Part shown: in pieces, positions 40,862-41,929 of the stretch
Position numbering within the stretch: position 1 is the first letter of the stretch
How the letters are laid out: every line of letters starts with the position of its first letter
IMG/VR virus record: IMGVR_UViG_3300038443_000672
Reading direction: 5' to 3' (one strand)
From: a virus
Length of the DNA stretch: 41,929 nt
Translations under genes and position numbers: made by a program
Notes under the pieces: generated by a model
Databases searched by the model: none
What the model was told of the DNA's origin: nothing
Seen by the model: the letters and a program-made list of their open reading frames with translations, nothing else

Positions 40862-41929
40862 TTCGATTCCCCCGTCTGTGCCGCATGGGCGGCTAGAATG
40901 TTTTGCGCTTCTCGCATGAACGTGTAGAACGAATGCTTGTTCGCGGAATCGAACAGTGCCATTGCGATTACATCGCTCAACTCGACGCGCGCCGATGGTT
41001 GCCCCATGTACTTGTGGACAAAATGAAGCAGCGAGCGCTCGGACGGCTCGGCAAAGCAGTTCGAGTATTCCCGGCTGCGGCCAAACGCTTCGGCGGCGTC
41101 TTCCAAGATTTGTTCGTCTGTTACCGGCGCCCCGCCGTCGCCTTGCTGCTCGGCTCGATAACATGGCCCATCAGTTCTATGCACGGTGTTCAGGGCTTTC
41201 GTGTCACCACATATGCATTCATGCTTCGCGCCGTCGCCTTGCTGCTCGGCCTTCGGATGATGGCATTTGCCTTCGCCGCGACACTGGCCCGGCAAATCGC
41301 AGATGCGGAACGAGCAGTTCGCGAACGGAGGGTTGGTGTCTTGCTGCTCGGCTTGTGCGGGCGCGGGTGGCTTCGCATTCTTGATCCAATCCGGCAGGTC
41401 GAGCGCCTCGCAGTCGGCAGGTTCGTGCGACGGCGCGTTCTCGCGCAGCGCATCGGCCGCTCGATTGAACGCGCGCTGCATCTGCGGCGCTTGAAGCGCC
41501 TGCTTCTCGGGATCGCCTTCGACACAGTATTCGACCATTGCCCACGAGAGCGGCGAGGATGCTATCTGCGCGAACGGCCGCAGGCGGCGGCGCAGGTAGT
41601 CGTTCTCTGCCGCTAGCTGGTGATTCGCAGCGCGCAGCATTTGCGCGTCGGCCGGCGTGCATCCTTCGGGCGCTACAGCCGGTGCAGCGGGGGCGGCGAG
41701 TATCAAGCGCAGCGTACGAATGCACCGCGCGTGCTTCGAATCGCCCATGCGTGGTAGGCCGAGGTCGGAGAACTCCTTCGCGGCCGGCGTGAGGTAGTCG
41801 ATGCATTCCTGAATAGCGATGCGCTGCTCATCGGTCAACGGCGCTCGCGCAACGTCCTGCGCATCATCCGCAACCGCCCTTCGAGCTATCTCCAATGCAG
41901 GCGCGACGTGCGATTCGAAAACCCCGCAC
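40858..41929 (-). CDS. Hypothetical Cys-rich protein with three AEQQ(G)D-linked modules (5' end wraps to 142..105)
   Basis: ORF 40858..41895 starts on TTG in the track. The frame stays open to the window end and on the circle reaches the ATG at 142. Confidence 0.55.
   Translation of the reverse strand, partial: CGVFESHVAPALEIARRAVADDAQDVARAPLTDEQRIAIQECIDYLTPAAKEFSDLGLPRMGDSKHARCIRTLRLILAAPAAPAVAPEGCTPADAQMLRAANHQLAAENDYLRRRLRPFAQIASSPLSWAMVEYCVEGDPEKQALQAPQMQRAFNRAADALRENAPSHEPADCEALDLPDWIKNAKPPAPAQAEQQDTNPPFANCSFRICDLPGQCRGEGKCHHPKAEQQGDGAKHECICGDTKALNTVHRTDGPCYRAEQQGDGGAPVTDEQILEDAAEAFGRSREYSNCFAEPSERSLLHFVHKYMGQPSARVELSDVIAMALFDSANKHSFYTFMREAQNILAAHAAQTGESK
41826..41929. repeat. Terminal direct repeat, copy 2 (identical to 1..104)
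   Basis: Direct comparison of the two ends. Confidence 0.95.

Larger units (their letters stand above)
1..41929. mobile_element. Complete temperate phage genome (circular map; lambdoid regulation, podovirus-like virion module)
   Basis: Identical 104-bp ends. Contains integrase/xis/attP, a divergent cI/cro pair, replication genes, terS/terL/portal/scaffold/capsid, tail and lysis genes. Genes are tightly packed with ATGA/GTGA start-stop overlaps. Confidence 0.85.

Noticed and set aside
41826-41929. End repeats considered as attL/attR, LTRs or cos-type ends of an integrated prophage.
   Set aside because: The repeat lies inside a coding frame of an early gene. attP with int is internal and uninterrupted, and no host flanking genes are present. 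This fits circular closure of an assembly.

Overview
The window is one complete, circularly closed temperate phage genome. Bases 1..104 are identical to 41826..41929, leaving about 41.8 kb of unique sequence. It is GC-rich by eye, in the style of Burkholderia-like betaproteobacteria (inference). All family names below come from motifs read by eye in the supplied translations; no database search was possible.

The layout is lambda-like. The order is attP (a 3' fragment of tRNA-His), int, xis, then a long leftward early operon. That operon holds a low-GC HNH homing endonuclease, a Lar-like anti-restriction gene, a RecE-like exonuclease with an annealing protein, and many small ORFs. It is driven by a near-consensus promoter at ~5.9 kb. 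Next come a terminator-flanked lipoprotein gene, a cI-like repressor, a divergent Cro-like gene and an RHH protein.

A cytosine-methyltransferase-like protein plus a Vsr-fold (DUF559) nuclease follow. After them are replication genes, a RuvC-like resolvase, and a Q-like gene with a PR'/tR'-like promoter-terminator unit. The late operon opens with a fibre-like protein and a GH26-like glycanase, ahead of terS, terL, portal, scaffold and major capsid.

The tail module is podovirus-like: adaptor, nozzle, and three low-complexity internal virion proteins including a transglycosylase, with no tape measure. There are two fibres with S74 chaperone ends. The lysis cassette ends in a lipoprotein translationally coupled to a class-3 lipase. 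A convergent PagP-like outer-membrane gene abuts attP.

The loci most worth follow-up are:
- the dcm/vsr-like pair (7752..8902)
- the lipase-terminated lysis cassette (33385..35938)
- the PagP-like moron (a lysogen-expressed accessory gene) that integration would place behind tRNA-His
- the Sec-signal-bearing fibre paralogue after the capsid gene
- the fibre plus GH26 pair ahead of the terminase

No CRISPR array, rRNA, intact tRNA, transposase or reverse transcriptase was seen.
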